Source: Curvularia clavata (taxonomy: Eukaryota). From it: a stretch of DNA of 64,000 nucleotides. The stretch covers positions 682,001-746,000 of the forward strand of contig CP089280.1 in assembly GCA_023920165.1 (NCBI GenBank), given 5' to 3'. Of this stretch, positions 12,784 through 25,501 are shown in pieces. Each line of letters opens with the position of its first letter. The stretch's first letter is position 1. The notes under the pieces are model-generated. The model was given only the letters and a program-made list of their open reading frames with translations. It did no database searches and was not told the origin of the DNA. Position numbers and translations under genes: made by a program.

Positions 12784-13447
12784 CTAGGCGTCGTCGGGCG
12801 GGTTGTTGAAGAAAGCGAATCGTATCCTGTGGAGCTGTCAACCAGTTAGCAGATTGTTCTTGGACATGTTAAGCCAGACGACATACTGAAGGCAACTTGG
12901 GAATGACTACAGCGATTGTGGCGAAGAAGTTGATGAGGAAATACGTCAAGTCATAGTTTGAGTAGTGAGTGCTAACCAGGAACAACAATATGGGGACGCT
13001 GAGGAGGAACTTCTTGGCCGGGGTGTATTGGTCGCCATTGTCAATCTGCTCCCACATGTTGAGATTGTCGTAGGCACCCGAGTTGAAGTCAAAGGGGACG
13101 CCACGCACGTAGTGGAACATGAGGTACGAGCCGGCCACGTATGAGAGGTTGACGAGGGTCCAAGATGCTTCCTGCGTCATGCCGGGGATGATGTCGAATA
13201 GAATCTTGCCAAAGAAGATGAGGACGAAGTGGATAGCCCATGCACCTGGCGTGTGTCAGTTGGGAGGTCCGGGTCGCCGGCCAAGCGTGGTTGTTTGGGT
13301 TCACTCACCCTTTGCGTTGACCCATTCTGCGTTCAGATTGGGGAGTGCTGCCTGGTCGCTCAGCTGCTCGAGCGACTCCGGGGGCTCCTTGTAGACAAGA
13401 CTACTGCTACGTCGCCTCCGGACGTCCTTGGCAGGGTCGAGTGACAT
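12784..13447 (-). CDS. ORM1: ORMDL-family sphingolipid homeostasis protein (3 exons)
   Basis: MSLDPAKDVRRRRSSS..DQAALPNLNAEWVNAKG | AW..; MFHYVRGVPFD, WEQIDNGDQYTPAKKFL, IPKLP | LHRIRF..DDA*. Confidence 0.95.
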
Positions 13448-14083
13448 GTTTGAATAGGCAGACGTCGAGGGCGATTGACGGGGCCGGGGTTCGCCAGCGA
13501 AACTCAGGCTCGATGTGCGGTTGAGGAGTATGGACGACAGTTTGGCGGTATTGATATTATGGCGAGCGGGGAGGGCGAGGGTGAGGGGAGGAGAAGAGGG
13601 AGGCGGCGGTGCTCGCGTGAGACTATGTAGTGAGAGCTTCAGCAGCAACCCCAGAGGCAGAAGCAAGAGGAAGCCGTAGCAATGGCCCGGTGGGAGCGGC
13701 CCAGAAAGAGCAAAGCGGCGAGGCGGGCCGTTCAGGGTCTTGGTGGAGGTTTGGATGCAATGCCGACCCGACGTGTCCGAGCGGAAGAAGGAGAGGCGAC
13801 TGCGGGAGTGGGAGGGAGAGAGGAGCGGGCTGGGAGGGGGAGAGAGGTGGTGATGGCGAGCAGCAGCGATAGCCAGGTGGTGCAGATGGCGGCAGTCTGT
13901 GGAAAGGAGGAAGAGATCCACCTGATGCTTCCCGCGACCGTGTTCCTCACAATCACCGGCGGCCGTGCACAGCGCAACCGCTCCAGACTACGCTACGTCT
14001 CTACAACACGCGCCTCGTCCTCGCCCTCGCTCAGCCCAGCCCTCCTCGCATCCACATCACCGCCCATCCCGCCGACGCCCTCC

Positions 14084-15311
14084 ATGGCTTCTGAAGCGCC
14101 TGCCGCGGTGCCAGAGACGCCCGCCAGCAATGCCACCGCCGTCAATACCATGGCCAACACCATCACCAACACCAGCACCAGCACCAGCACGCCCGCCGTC
14201 CCCGTGCAGGAGCCACAGCAGACCGACGCCGGCGAGGCCATGCAGAAGCCCGTCAAGCGGTCGTGGAGGTAACAGGACGCGCCGCCCCATAGACCGCGCC
14301 GCCAGCTAACACACATACCCAAGGCGCAAGTATCGCAAGATGCGCATCAAGTTCGACGAGGCCATGACGGAGAGCGACAACCTCATCAAGCTCGAGTGGA
14401 AGGCCATGGGCACCGCCCGCCGCCTCCAGGAGAACAACGACCAGCTGCTCGACATCCTCCTCGAGCTCAACGAGCAGACGCGCATCAACCCGCGCCTGCG
14501 CTTCGACCTGCGCAACCTGTCGCCCGCAGACACCGCCGTACCTTCGCTCGAGGCCGGCCCAGATCCCATTGCCATCAAGCAGCAGCTGCAGGCTCTACGC
14601 GACGACCTTGCAAAGGGAACCATCACGCCCGAGGACTACGCCGCCCGCGCCGACCAGCTACACTCGTCGCAGTCGATACAGCAGACGCTCAAATCGCTGG
14701 CCAGCCTCGAGCAGATCGTACCACACACGACGCTACAGGATGTTGCCAACCACCCAGTCCCAGGCATCGACCTCAGCGAGCATGCACCAGGCTACATGTC
14801 GCCTACCCACGAAGACGAATATCTCCTAGCCACCGACCAGCTCCTCGAACAGCCCGGCTTCGACCAATCCCTACACCACGGCCGTCCCATCCGCCTTGCG
14901 TCCGCGCAGCCGCCCCTCACCGAGAAGGACCTTACCGTCCGCAACCCCGACAGCGTCTACAACTGGCTACGCAAGCACCAGCCCCAGGTCTTCCTGCAGG
15001 ACAAAGACGTAGCACACCCGGAGAACATGTCAGAGAAATCGGCTGCCCCCAAGGCGACAAAAGCCAGCGCAAAAGCCAAGCGAGAATCAGCCATTGGTAC
15101 CCCAGGCCCACGCGACCATCACGACGACGAAGACTCGGCCGCTCCCGAGACTGGAAAGGGACGGAGAAAGACGGGCGGGGGAGACGACGACACAGCCTAC
15201 CGGCCAAAGGGCGGAAGCAGTCGGCCTACAAAACGCAAGCGGGAAGAGGGTGATACCCCTGCACCCAAGGGGAGGAAGAAGACGCGTCCCAGCACAGGGC
15301 CGGTTAGCTGA
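14084..15311 (+). CDS. IEC3: INO80 chromatin-remodelling complex subunit Iec3-like (2 exons)
   Basis: KRSWR|RKYRKMRIKFDEAM..ARRLQENNDQLLDILLELN and RNPDSVYNWLRKHQPQVFLQD motifs; basic C-terminal NLS-like tail. Confidence 0.8.
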
Positions 15312-15872
15312 ACCCTCGCTGGCAGTGTCTCTTTCTTTTTCTTCTTTTCTTGCAAAAATCCGTGTACTAGTAAAGGTGAACCATTCACCCACAAACAAGG
15401 GGGTTGGGCGTCACAGGCGTTTTTTTTATCTTTGTTCTTCCATCAGAGAAGCCAGGTGCGTGTAAGATGGTGTTTGCAGGGTTTAGATATACCCATTGGT
15501 CTCGTTTTTTTGTTACTTCCTCGTTTTCTTTCTCGAGGGGGGAGAGCTCTGAAATATATGCCGGTTGCAACCGACTTTCTTCTTAATCACGATCATTGAC
15601 TCCTGGGGTATTTTTTTCCCTTTGGAGCTAGGGAAGCATAGAGAAAGGTCGACCCGTTGTGTCACGAATAAAGTGTACTATCAATGCCAAGTGTGTACGA
15701 AGTTTTGAGTGTTGCGGAGAAGAAAACAGCAATCGATGAGAATCGTGCGAAGAAAAAGTCGTGTTGATGTTATCATACAGCATACTACATACTACATACT
15801 GCCATATGTGCAGTCCACCAAACCCATTGGATGTATGGATACATTTATCTCCCTCCCTACTCTTCAAAAAAA

Positions 15873-17136
15873 CTACCTCAATTGCTTCCCCCTCGGCCCT
15901 CCAACCGGCACACTCTGCGCCATCTGCGCCCCCTGATCCACAAAAGGCAGACTCGTCTCCACAATCCTCTTTCCATCTACCAGCTCCCCATTACCCGCAC
16001 GCTGGTCCTCCAAGTACGCCGTCTGCCTGCGCTTATCCTCAAGATACTGCTTGCGCTCCTTGGTCATTGCCCACTCCTTGGGAAACTCGTGCCTCTTCTT
16101 GGGCGTATGGTGGCGGAAATCCAGGGGCACGTCTTCAAACATGTCTTTGCTGTTTTTGGCTTCTTTGATGAGGGACGCAATGCTGTCGCCGAGGAAACGC
16201 TTGTTCTGCGCTTGCGTGTCGAATTGCTCGCACGAAAGCTTGATAATGTTGGTAGAGGGGTTGTAGCGGGGTCCCGCCAGCTTGATCAGTTTGGTGACTT
16301 GCGCGGCGGTCAAAGAGTGCGATTGCGTGAGATCTGCGGGCGAGAATTCCACGACGACTTTGTTGGCGGCGGGGTGCGATTCGCCCAGGTACGATGTGTA
16401 GCGGAAACGGAAGGGGGTTGCTTCTGTGGGGGGTGTGAAGGGCTGGGCAAGATCTGAGGCGGATGGTTAGTACATAGATATTTTTTTTAGAAAAACTGGA
16501 CAGCATGTTTCTTGCAAAGACATGGGACAAGGGGGACATACGACTAAGAAGCGGAAGCTCCCATGCAATCAATCTAGCATACTCCCTCAATTCCCTGTGC
16601 TGCTGCAGCTCGCCGTGGCCGTGACTCGTCAAGTCATCGCCATAGTAGTCCTCATCCGGACCCATACTCTCTTCACCCTCGGCCCAGAAACCCATGGCAG
16701 CCTTCCTCTTGTCGTCCTCTTCAATGTCAAAGTCCTCGTCCGTTTCCAGGCCAAAGTCTTGCGTCTGAGGGAGTCCACGCTTTCCTTTGCGGAGGGCGTC
16801 AGCAACGACGCTAGGATCGATTTCTTTGAGCGAAGCACGCAGATTCTCCAGCATAGCCGTGTCCCGCTCAGCCTGTGACATTTCCTTGAAGTCCTTCGAA
16901 GGCGTGGTATTCGAGAAGTTCAATTCGGGACTGAGTTCACTCAGCGTTTCCGTCGGTGGCTTCGCATTCGCCGAAGTGGCAGAGCCCTCTTTGGTGGGCT
17001 CTTTGGCATATCGTCGAGGCGTTGTGGACATTGGGCGCTGCCATTGCGATGCCGTGTGCTTGGGTGCCGCTCGAGGCCGTATCCGCGACGGGCATTGCCT
17101 TGACTGCAAGAGCAGCCTTCGTGTTGTCGACGCCAT
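15873..17136 (-). CDS. RSM24: Mitochondrial small ribosomal subunit protein mS35/Rsm24 (2 exons)
   Basis: Arg-rich mitochondrial presequence; DDLTSHGHGELQQHRELREYARLIAWELPLL, PFRFRYTSYLGESHPA, KLIKLAGPRYNP and FEDVPLDFRH. Confidence 0.9.
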
Positions 17137-17382
17137 TGGAGGTGGTTGCTGGTGATGCCGTCGTCGACTTTTCGCGATGCGGGATTGCTTGGCGCTGGGA
17201 GGAGCAAAGTGCCACCGCGTGCCGGACCAATTGAAGGAAAGACCGCCCGACCTCCGCGCTCGTTGTCAGTCCCACCACGTGCTCTGGCTACCGTTTGAAC
17301 GCATCGTTGATTGTGCCTGGATTAATTACTGTACCAAGAAAGATACTTGCGAGTAATTGTTATATCGAGGCACAGCTGCACC

Positions 17383-18085
17383 ATGACCGACACTTGGAAA
17401 TGGACGCCAGACTCGAAACTCTGCTTCGTTACTACGGGAGCTACCGCACCATTTACTGCTCTTATTGAATCTGTACTGAGCCCTAAGAGCTTGGATGCTT
17501 TGCAGGAAGGGGGCTTCACGCATCTCTTGGTTCAGTATGGATCGGCGCGAGATATCTACACAAAATGCTCTGACAGTGCTCGCGCCCACTTGCAGAATAC
17601 TCAGACAAATCGAGGTTTAATTATAGACGGTATTGATTTCAATCCAGATGGACTCCAAGCGCAGTTTCAGCTGGTTCAGAGATCCAAAGGCCTAGTCATC
17701 TCTCACGCCGGTACTAAGGCATACCTCAAGTAGATGGAGCCATGAACTAATTCTTTCAGGCTCTGGATCAATTCTCGAGGCCCTTCGCTATCAAATCCCA
17801 CTCGTAGTCGTGCCCAATACCGGACTACTTGACAACCACCAAGAAGAGCTCGCCGTCGCAATGGAGCGGAACAACTATCTCATTCGCGGCGATGTCACGT
17901 ACGTCTAGCTTTTCTGGTGATTAAATTCAAACTAACAAAGTCGCAGAAACCTTGCGCCAGCAATTAAGAAGTCTGACGAGTTTCGATTGAAAATGTCACA
18001 GTTTCCGCCTGCCACTAGTGGGAAGCACCGCGAGACTAAGAGCTTTGCAGCCATCATGGATGAGACGACTGGGTTTATGGATTGA
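17383..18085 (+). CDS. ALG13: UDP-GlcNAc transferase catalytic subunit Alg13 (GT28 C-terminal; 3 exons)
   Basis: CFVTTGATAPF, LLVQYG, LVISHAG|SGSILEALR..LVVVPNTGLLDNHQEELA. Confidence 0.93.
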
Positions 18086-21000
18086 TGGCTGGAAGAGAAC
18101 GGTGCTGATTAAACGTATGATCCTAGGATCTTGATGACGACGAGCAGTATCGCTTGGTCGATGTATCTTCCTAACTATTTAGTGCTTGACATTAACTTTA
18201 TGCTGCGACCGAAATTTTGGGATGAGCCTTGATGGATGGAAAGAGAAGTGGAAGCATCTGAGCCATGAGAGAGAAAAAATGTGCAAGGCCACCCAGACGA
18301 AAACTGCGTTGATGGCTTTTCAGCATCCAACATGCCATCCATGTTCCGCGTCGCGATCATGTTTATGAGCAAAGAACCACACGAGATGGAAGAATCAATT
18401 ATAAACGTCGCTAGTCTCGCAGTCCCTCTAGGGATGCTTCCCCAGGTCGCGCTATGTCCGCTATGTCACTATCCGCGAATTCCGCAATTTCCTAGATCAC
18501 ATAAAGTTCAGGCAACTGCCGTCTGACAGCCTATACAGCACACCAAGGCTTACGAAAATACAACCATGGAAGGTTAACATGATTTCCTATCCTATTCTGG
18601 TGCTAGGTTATAATCGCGTTCTTGATTTCACCATATTCGTTTTGACTGGGATCCATGATAGAGAACTAGTTGAACTTCGATACGCAATGAACCTGAAGAC
18701 TAGCATCGCATCTACGACCTTAGTTCCAGGATACCTTAAACCTTGTTCGGTCGTCCGGTCTCGAGGGCAACACGGAAGACCTAGAGAGCTGTTCACGCCA
18801 CCACTCTAAGTATGCGAACACAATTTGTGGTGATAATAGTGTTGAACACTCTGGCATACTTCTCTGAAGACAAGCCACACAAGGTCACCATAACGTCGGT
18901 TTCAAACTCATAATATGGCCATATCTACCTTTGTATCTATGGCAAACGAATCCTACACGGATAGCTGGGACGGAACGGCTACGACAGTACTTTCAACGTG
19001 TCCTAGACCTCAATCTTACTACAACCCGGAAAATCAAAGTCACCGACCTCAACATTGTGCGCAAGTTAGTAGACTATTGAAGGAAAGCCGCTTACGCCAT
19101 CAATACCCATCCTAGTCTCGCTTGCAGGGCCTCTTGTCACAGCATTACTGAACGATTTGACTTTTGCAGCCAAAGACCCACCCTCTTACTCAATACCGTT
19201 GACCGGACGGAATAAGCGAGACGAGGGTTTCAACGTAGTCATCAACCTCCACATTGCACCAAAATCCCTCAGCGGTCTCGATCAAAGTGGGCATCGTGGA
19301 CCTGTGGGGCACGCGCGTCTGGCATACTCCGTTTCACACTCTGCCAGTCGAAAAGAAAAAAAAAATTGAAGAAGAAACTCTGTGGAGCCTTATATGCAAG
19401 ACATGTAGTTTTTTTTCTCATATTAATGCGCGAACTCGACATTTTTGCAACCAGGGTCAGTGAAGAAGCGGTCACATGCCGATGCGGTAGTCCGGTCTAC
19501 TCGTATGTACGAGGAAATGACTTTACCACACGCGCTGCACAGTTATATTGCCAACTCCACCGCGGCCCAGCGCCTTTGCCATGTACGCCTCAACAGGTGC
19601 ACACGGCTTCATGTACTTGGTAAATTCTTCACCATCACGCTTACTAAATTTCCCACCTCGCGTTGACATTCCCATCGCACCCCCCACCCCTTCCGGCTTT
19701 CTCCATCCAAACGCGAAATCGAGCCTCATGAAACATCCAATACACAACCTTTACTATACCGTCGATCTTAAGCCTCTTCCTCAAACACGTTTATACCCTC
19801 TACTTGCAATAAAGTTCGTACACGTTCTTCTGTGCCTCCAATCCCCCCGGCCCCAATAAATTTCCCCTGCCATCTCTCATTCTTAATCATCAGTAGTATA
19901 GCTACTCGTACCTTGCATGTCACCATTGTTTCGTCCTCTCGGTAGGGTTCCTACGTAAAAACCCTAACCCGTCCCCCCAGCCGTTTCTGAGTTAGCCCCA
20001 CATACTAGGTTTTGTGTGCGTGTGTCGGGAGTGTTTCAGGTCCCGCGTGTTCGCGTTTAATGGTTCCCCACGCAACGACGATAGGGTTTGCGCGTGGGAA
20101 CAAGGGAGGGGAGGCATAGATGAGAGGGATGGAGAGGGTGAATGTTACTTTTTTTGGGCAAGGGGAGGGGAAGAGTGTATGGGAGAAATGATGGGGGAGT
20201 GTGCAGATGGGTAGTTCCGTTGGGAGATTGACGAAGCGCAACAACTTCTTCTTGCATGCCTTGCGCAAAATCGTCCGCAAGCGATGTGTGGCGTGAACGG
20301 CACGTTCATCGCGCTCGCTGCCAATACTCCGACAAAGAACGGGATAATTTTACGCGCGAAAGGTTGGTAAGCTTCTGAGGTGTGCAAGTCTACCGACACA
20401 TGTTTGCCGGGTGATGATTCCGACTTGGCTATAATACCACGAATATAGCTACCCCCAACAACGTCCCCGGTATCCCGCGTTTCTTCAGCCTCGTAATGCA
20501 TCCCAACAAGAGCGTGCGTATTCCACCTTCTAGTGCGGAATTTCCATCGCTTGACACAGCCATTGAACTTGTCGTGGCCGCCGCAGAAGCCCCGTCTCAA
20601 CGGCAGATTCTTCATCCAAACGAGGTGATTGTTTCCCTGCTTTCAATATTGGCCTACATATGTCACCATTTTATGTACATGTACAAGTACGTACAATGTC
20701 GCTTATGTACGTGCGATAAACGAGTCGGAAATATCCTTATCTTCTGTTGAAGAGCTGTGCGACGTCCTGATGGCGGCTATGCACTGGCTCATTGAGTCTG
20801 CAGCTCAACTACATCATGGAATGATAAGACTCGGAAGACATTTTCGTAGAATGCGCAGCGGACGAATCGCCGAGCCACAAAAACCGAAGTCGCAAACTTC
20901 TCTGTCACACGCTTGCGCAGGAACACTGTAGAGAGGCGGTGCAAGTTGCTGACTGACATACATGCGGCTAGATGCTTCGATGTCGTGACCTAAGGTGCGC

Positions 21001-23675
21001 TCTGTCTACTCGCATAGGCTTTGGAAAAGGGGCGGGGCCGAGGGTACAGGTTATGGGTAATTTGACATGGTGCGGTTGGAGAGGTATCCCTTGTTCGTCA
21101 GTGAGAGCACTTGACACTCGACATTCTACGCTCGACACTTGGGAAATCACTTGCGAAAGCACTGTGCAACGTCATGACCTGACTACAGAATCCTACTCGG
21201 CGCTGCGAGAACGCTTGTTCTCACGCAATGTCTTTTCGACCACGGTGACTCGAGGCCAGGCGAGATTCGTCCTCGGCGACTTTCAAGGTAGTACTGGCGC
21301 TCAATGTGCGACCGGGGACCATGTGTAACGGGCCGTGCACTTTGGAACTGGGGAAGTTGAGTCGTATGGTTCAACTTCTGTAGCAGTCGCACAACTCTCG
21401 CGAGCATGTACATACTCGAGGACAGTGGACGCTCATACGCCGGCCCATTCGCACGTGAAATGCAAGGTTTTATTGAGATGTCGGGACGAACGTTTACCCT
21501 TCCGCCTTGGTTTCAGGTACCCGAGATGTGCTGACGACAGCCCGCTCCCCCGAAGTCTTGCGCAAGGCGTCAGCCCCAACAAGAACTGGCCTGTAGTCGG
21601 CACGAACGGAGTAGTAAACGCGGTGCTTGTACCCGAGCGCCTGCTGACAGACGACAGGTCGAAAGTGAAGCAAATTACGGGAGACATGCAAGGCGAGATG
21701 TCGAGCGAAGTTCCGGCCGGGGCATGCTGGTATGGGATTTCGATAATTCGAGGCGCTACTCAGCATGTTTCTCTCTCTCTGAGCGGGGAGGTACAAGTGG
21801 CCAGGAACACTCGTGGCCCGGTCCGACTTTGATTGTTGGGCAACACTGGCGCAGCGCCTGGTGGCACGCCACTATCAGCATCCAGGGCGAGGCTGGCGAA
21901 AAACAATAGTTCGCCCATGGCCAACAAAAATAACTTGTTCGTAGGGGCTTCGAAAAAAGTACTTTCGACGACTAACGGCAGGCTCGAAAGACCAAGGGCT
22001 TTCCAAAAATCCCCCGGAGAGTGTCGTCATCGAATTTCCCACAGCTAGTCAGTCGACCAGGAGTGCGGTAGCGGACCAGGCTTCCCTGCAATTTAGGCGT
22101 AGGGAGCCGGTGCCGCGCTCGTTTTTCACGGGGCGAGCGACTGTAGCAACGGCTTTTGGGCCAACTATCCCGAGGTCCGGTCAATGGTGCCGGACGTAAT
22201 GTGTCTCAGGAGCAAATTGGTGCCTTCAAAGACCTTTGTCTACCAAAGTTTACGACGGTTGTCGTATCCCGAGCCTCACAGAGGGTACTGCTGAGGGTCA
22301 AAGTCCCCATAGCGACAGGTCAGGGCTCTCTGTCGAAGAAGCAAAGCAGTAAGAGAAAAGCAAGCAAGATGGGGGTTCCCGCAGCCCCGGGAAGGCAGAG
22401 ATCCAACTTTGGGCACGAACCGAGGCATGGGCTAGCCTGTTTAGGAGGTTGCCATGTGCCGATCTACGATTGATGATCACAGCCAGCCTCGACGCCGGCA
22501 GATCAGTAGTCACAGGCGACTCTGCCGGCCGAGTTGCACCAGCACCAGGCCGAGGCGGAGGGCCAGGGTGGCAGCTGAGACATTGCGTCACAACTATGGA
22601 GTTTGGTAGAAAATCTTTTTTAGAGCACAAAGGGGTGGGTTTGGTCCACAAGAGGGCCAGGCCGAGATGGGGATGCACAAGGTGAAAAGATTGTACTTGA
22701 GTGTGGAGCACTGCGTAATGGTCGCGAAACGTGGACGCACAGACTGCGTTCGTCGAGAGAGGGCGAGGGATGGGGGGGAGAATGGCAAAGTCGACAGTAG
22801 TTTAATTGCGAGTGCAGACTCTGTTGTCCAAGGCCCGAACAGAGTTTCGGACCGGTTTCCAATAACGGCCAGTTCTTGGAGCGACCAAGCGTGCTAGCCC
22901 AACGACTTGCGAGAGCACTCGGGCAGCGTGGGCACGTGCCATGCATCCGTGATGGGGGAGAGAGGTCTGGAACGTGGCGGCTAATGATGCTCTCCACCCG
23001 GGCATTCAAGGCCATCCCAGCGATCATGGTCGGGGGTCGATCGTGTGTGGGAAACAGGAGGTCGTGTTGTAACCATTACAAAGTGGTGCCGCCTGGGCAC
23101 GACAGGCGTATGTGGGCGTAGGGGGTTACAGGGACAGTCTGCATGTCGAGTATTAATGGATACAATCTGCATGCCTGCAGCGGAGCCAATGGCTGGTTGC
23201 TTTTGCCGTTGATGGATTATGGTACAGTAATAGTGCAATGGCAGTGGTAGTGGTAGCTGAGGAGAGGGTCGGGGCGGAGGTTGAGGTCATCAGCCTTGGT
23301 CTCCGAACGCATCCATGGATCCAAGCCGGCCCCAGCAGCACCATCTGCCCAATCAGAAGCCCTGCGGAAGGTCGCGTTGTCATTAAACCCAGCACTTGCA
23401 CTGCATGGGTCAACCGTTTTTCTTCAGCTGGGCTGACGAAGATTATTGCCCCGCCTTGCTTTTGCTAGTCTCCCTAGCGAACCCGAAACACGCAACAAGG
23501 GCCCCATTGCCAGGCTCATTTCTATTTGGCACGCCCCGTCCGTTCCCGTCCACAAAACAACATCAACAACAACAAAAAGCAAGCCTAATAATCATATCCA
23601 CATGAACATAAACTCCCTCCCCAACACCACCACTCTGTCGTCTCGAGCTCCCGTCTGGTATTCCCTCCACCCAAC

Positions 23676-24485
23676 ATGGCCACCACCATTGCCCTGCCCT
23701 ACGATGACTTGCGGCCTCACGTGCTGAGGCCCAAGAAATCCTTCCTCCAACGCCTTAACAATACTCCCGACCAACTCAAGTCCCGCATGCGATCACTCAA
23801 GGCCGATGATTCCACTTCGCTGCTGAGGCAGTCCTACGACCGCTCTAGGGCTGTCTCTTCACTATCCATCATGTCCAGCGCCGAGCCTGAGCGCGACTAC
23901 TTCCCAGATGTAACCAAGCACACCGATGTCAACATGGACCGACCAGCCTCGTGTGCTGTACTTTCGCCGCCAACCTCCCCAACCGAAGGCAGCTTCTTCC
24001 CCATTCAGCAATTCCTCTCCCCCATGGACCGGAAAACCAGCAAGCAGTTCGTCCAAGGTATGCAGACCTACGTCCACTGGAAACAGGCCACCTACGAATC
24101 CACCCTCAGCCATGGTCCACTCAGCTCTCCCCCTTCGACCCCGCAAAGCTCGTTCTCCTGGAGCTCTTCAAGGAGCTCCCGGAGCGAGATGTCGGACGAG
24201 GAGATGGACGACTGGCTCGACAACCCCATGGACGCTGACGTCCACCGTTTCCGCAAGCTATCTGCTTCTTCTCTTGAGAGCCTGGCACTCTCTGAACAGC
24301 CCGAGAAGAAGATCCACGTCATCGAGGAGCAGCCAGACGAAGAAGAAGGCGCGACTCGACTCGACAACCACAAGCTTTCATCCATGTGGCGCGAGACTTG
24401 GTGCTGGGAGACCGACAGCCAAAGCCGCTGCACCACGATCGTCCTCCCAACCTCGTCAGCCAACGACGCAGAAGAGGCAAAGTGA
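23676..24485 (+). CDS. Hypothetical Ser/Pro-rich, probably disordered protein (269 aa)
   Basis: Single ORF with good start context (CAACATGG), C-ending codon bias, pyrimidine-rich leader and long 3' UTR-like region; no domain recognised. Confidence 0.7.
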   Translation: MATTIALPYDDLRPHVLRPKKSFLQRLNNTPDQLKSRMRSLKADDSTSLLRQSYDRSRAVSSLSIMSSAEPERDYFPDVTKHTDVNMDRPASCAVLSPPTSPTEGSFFPIQQFLSPMDRKTSKQFVQGMQTYVHWKQATYESTLSHGPLSSPPSTPQSSFSWSSSRSSRSEMSDEEMDDWLDNPMDADVHRFRKLSASSLESLALSEQPEKKIHVIEEQPDEEEGATRLDNHKLSSMWRETWCWETDSQSRCTTIVLPTSSANDAEEAK

Positions 24486-25181
24486 AGCGCCTAAGCGCCA
24501 CTCGCGTCCCTACGCGAGTACCCGACCTCGCGGCTTTTTTCTGCGAGAAAAGCCCAGCCTTTTCGTCGCAGCCACACGATGCCCCACGACGGAGGCGTTT
24601 CACCACCACATTTCCTTTCCTATCTAGACTTGCAGCGTTCCACAACCACCAGGCGTTACGGAGTTTTTTCCCTTAAGGGTCCCGTTTCCGTTTCGATTCC
24701 AACCTGCAGTACCAGTACACACTACTTTTTCCGCCGCAGGTGCGAAAAAAACAAACAACCAACAAGTCACCGACTCTGCACTGCGTGTTGCCACCAGCAA
24801 CGCCCACTCACAGACAGACTGGAGGCCAGGCGCCTCCACCACAACTATCGCTCGCCACAGCGCAGCTACACTCCAGCAAAGCAAAGACTGGGCGCGTCCA
24901 CCCAGCCCCCCATCGATCAAGAAAGGGAGAGGCGATCGAGGCAAGACCCCCGCTTTACTTTGCCATGTCAACGAAACTATACATTAGAAAGGGGAAAGGT
25001 TCATTTGGTCCTGGCGCAAAGGGTTTTTTTTAGAGAGACAGAGGAAGGTGATGAACGTTATATACCCCCCACTCGGAAGAACAGCAGCTCCACAGCGCTG
25101 TATTACTATTTCCTTTGTTGAGATACCTTGTCTTGTATGTATGGCGCTTGATTCGCGGCTTTGAGTCAGCGCGGTAAATAT

Positions 25182-25210
25182 TTAGTTAGTTAGTTAGCTA
25201 GTTAGTCAGT
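25182..25210. repeat. Imperfect (TTAG/TAGT)n microsatellite in a probable 3' UTR
   Basis: ttagttagttagttagctagttagtcagt. Confidence 0.6.
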
Positions 25211-25501
25211 TGGTGGATAGAGAGAGAAATGTAACTATGTAGTAAACACGCATGGGACTGTGTTTGGATGTGTGAGTGAAATTTGCACGTGACATGACCT
25301 TGACTTCTCTACTCACAGCAACACGTCGAAGAAGAAAAAAGGCAAGTCGTGTAGCAGCATGGAGTTAAAAAAAAGTTCGGTTACAACACACGAAAAGGTA
25401 TATAACTAAAGTAATGAAAGATACGCCCTCGCTACATACAATCACCACATTATTACCTAGAGTCAGTCATTACACTCGCTGCCTCCCTCGCACACTTTCA
25501 C

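Noticed and set aside
13448..13921. Long in-frame stop-free extension upstream of ORM1
   Set aside because: It starts at GTG, is low-complexity pyrimidine-rich leader sequence, and has no homology signal. The conserved ORM1 N-terminus begins at 13447.
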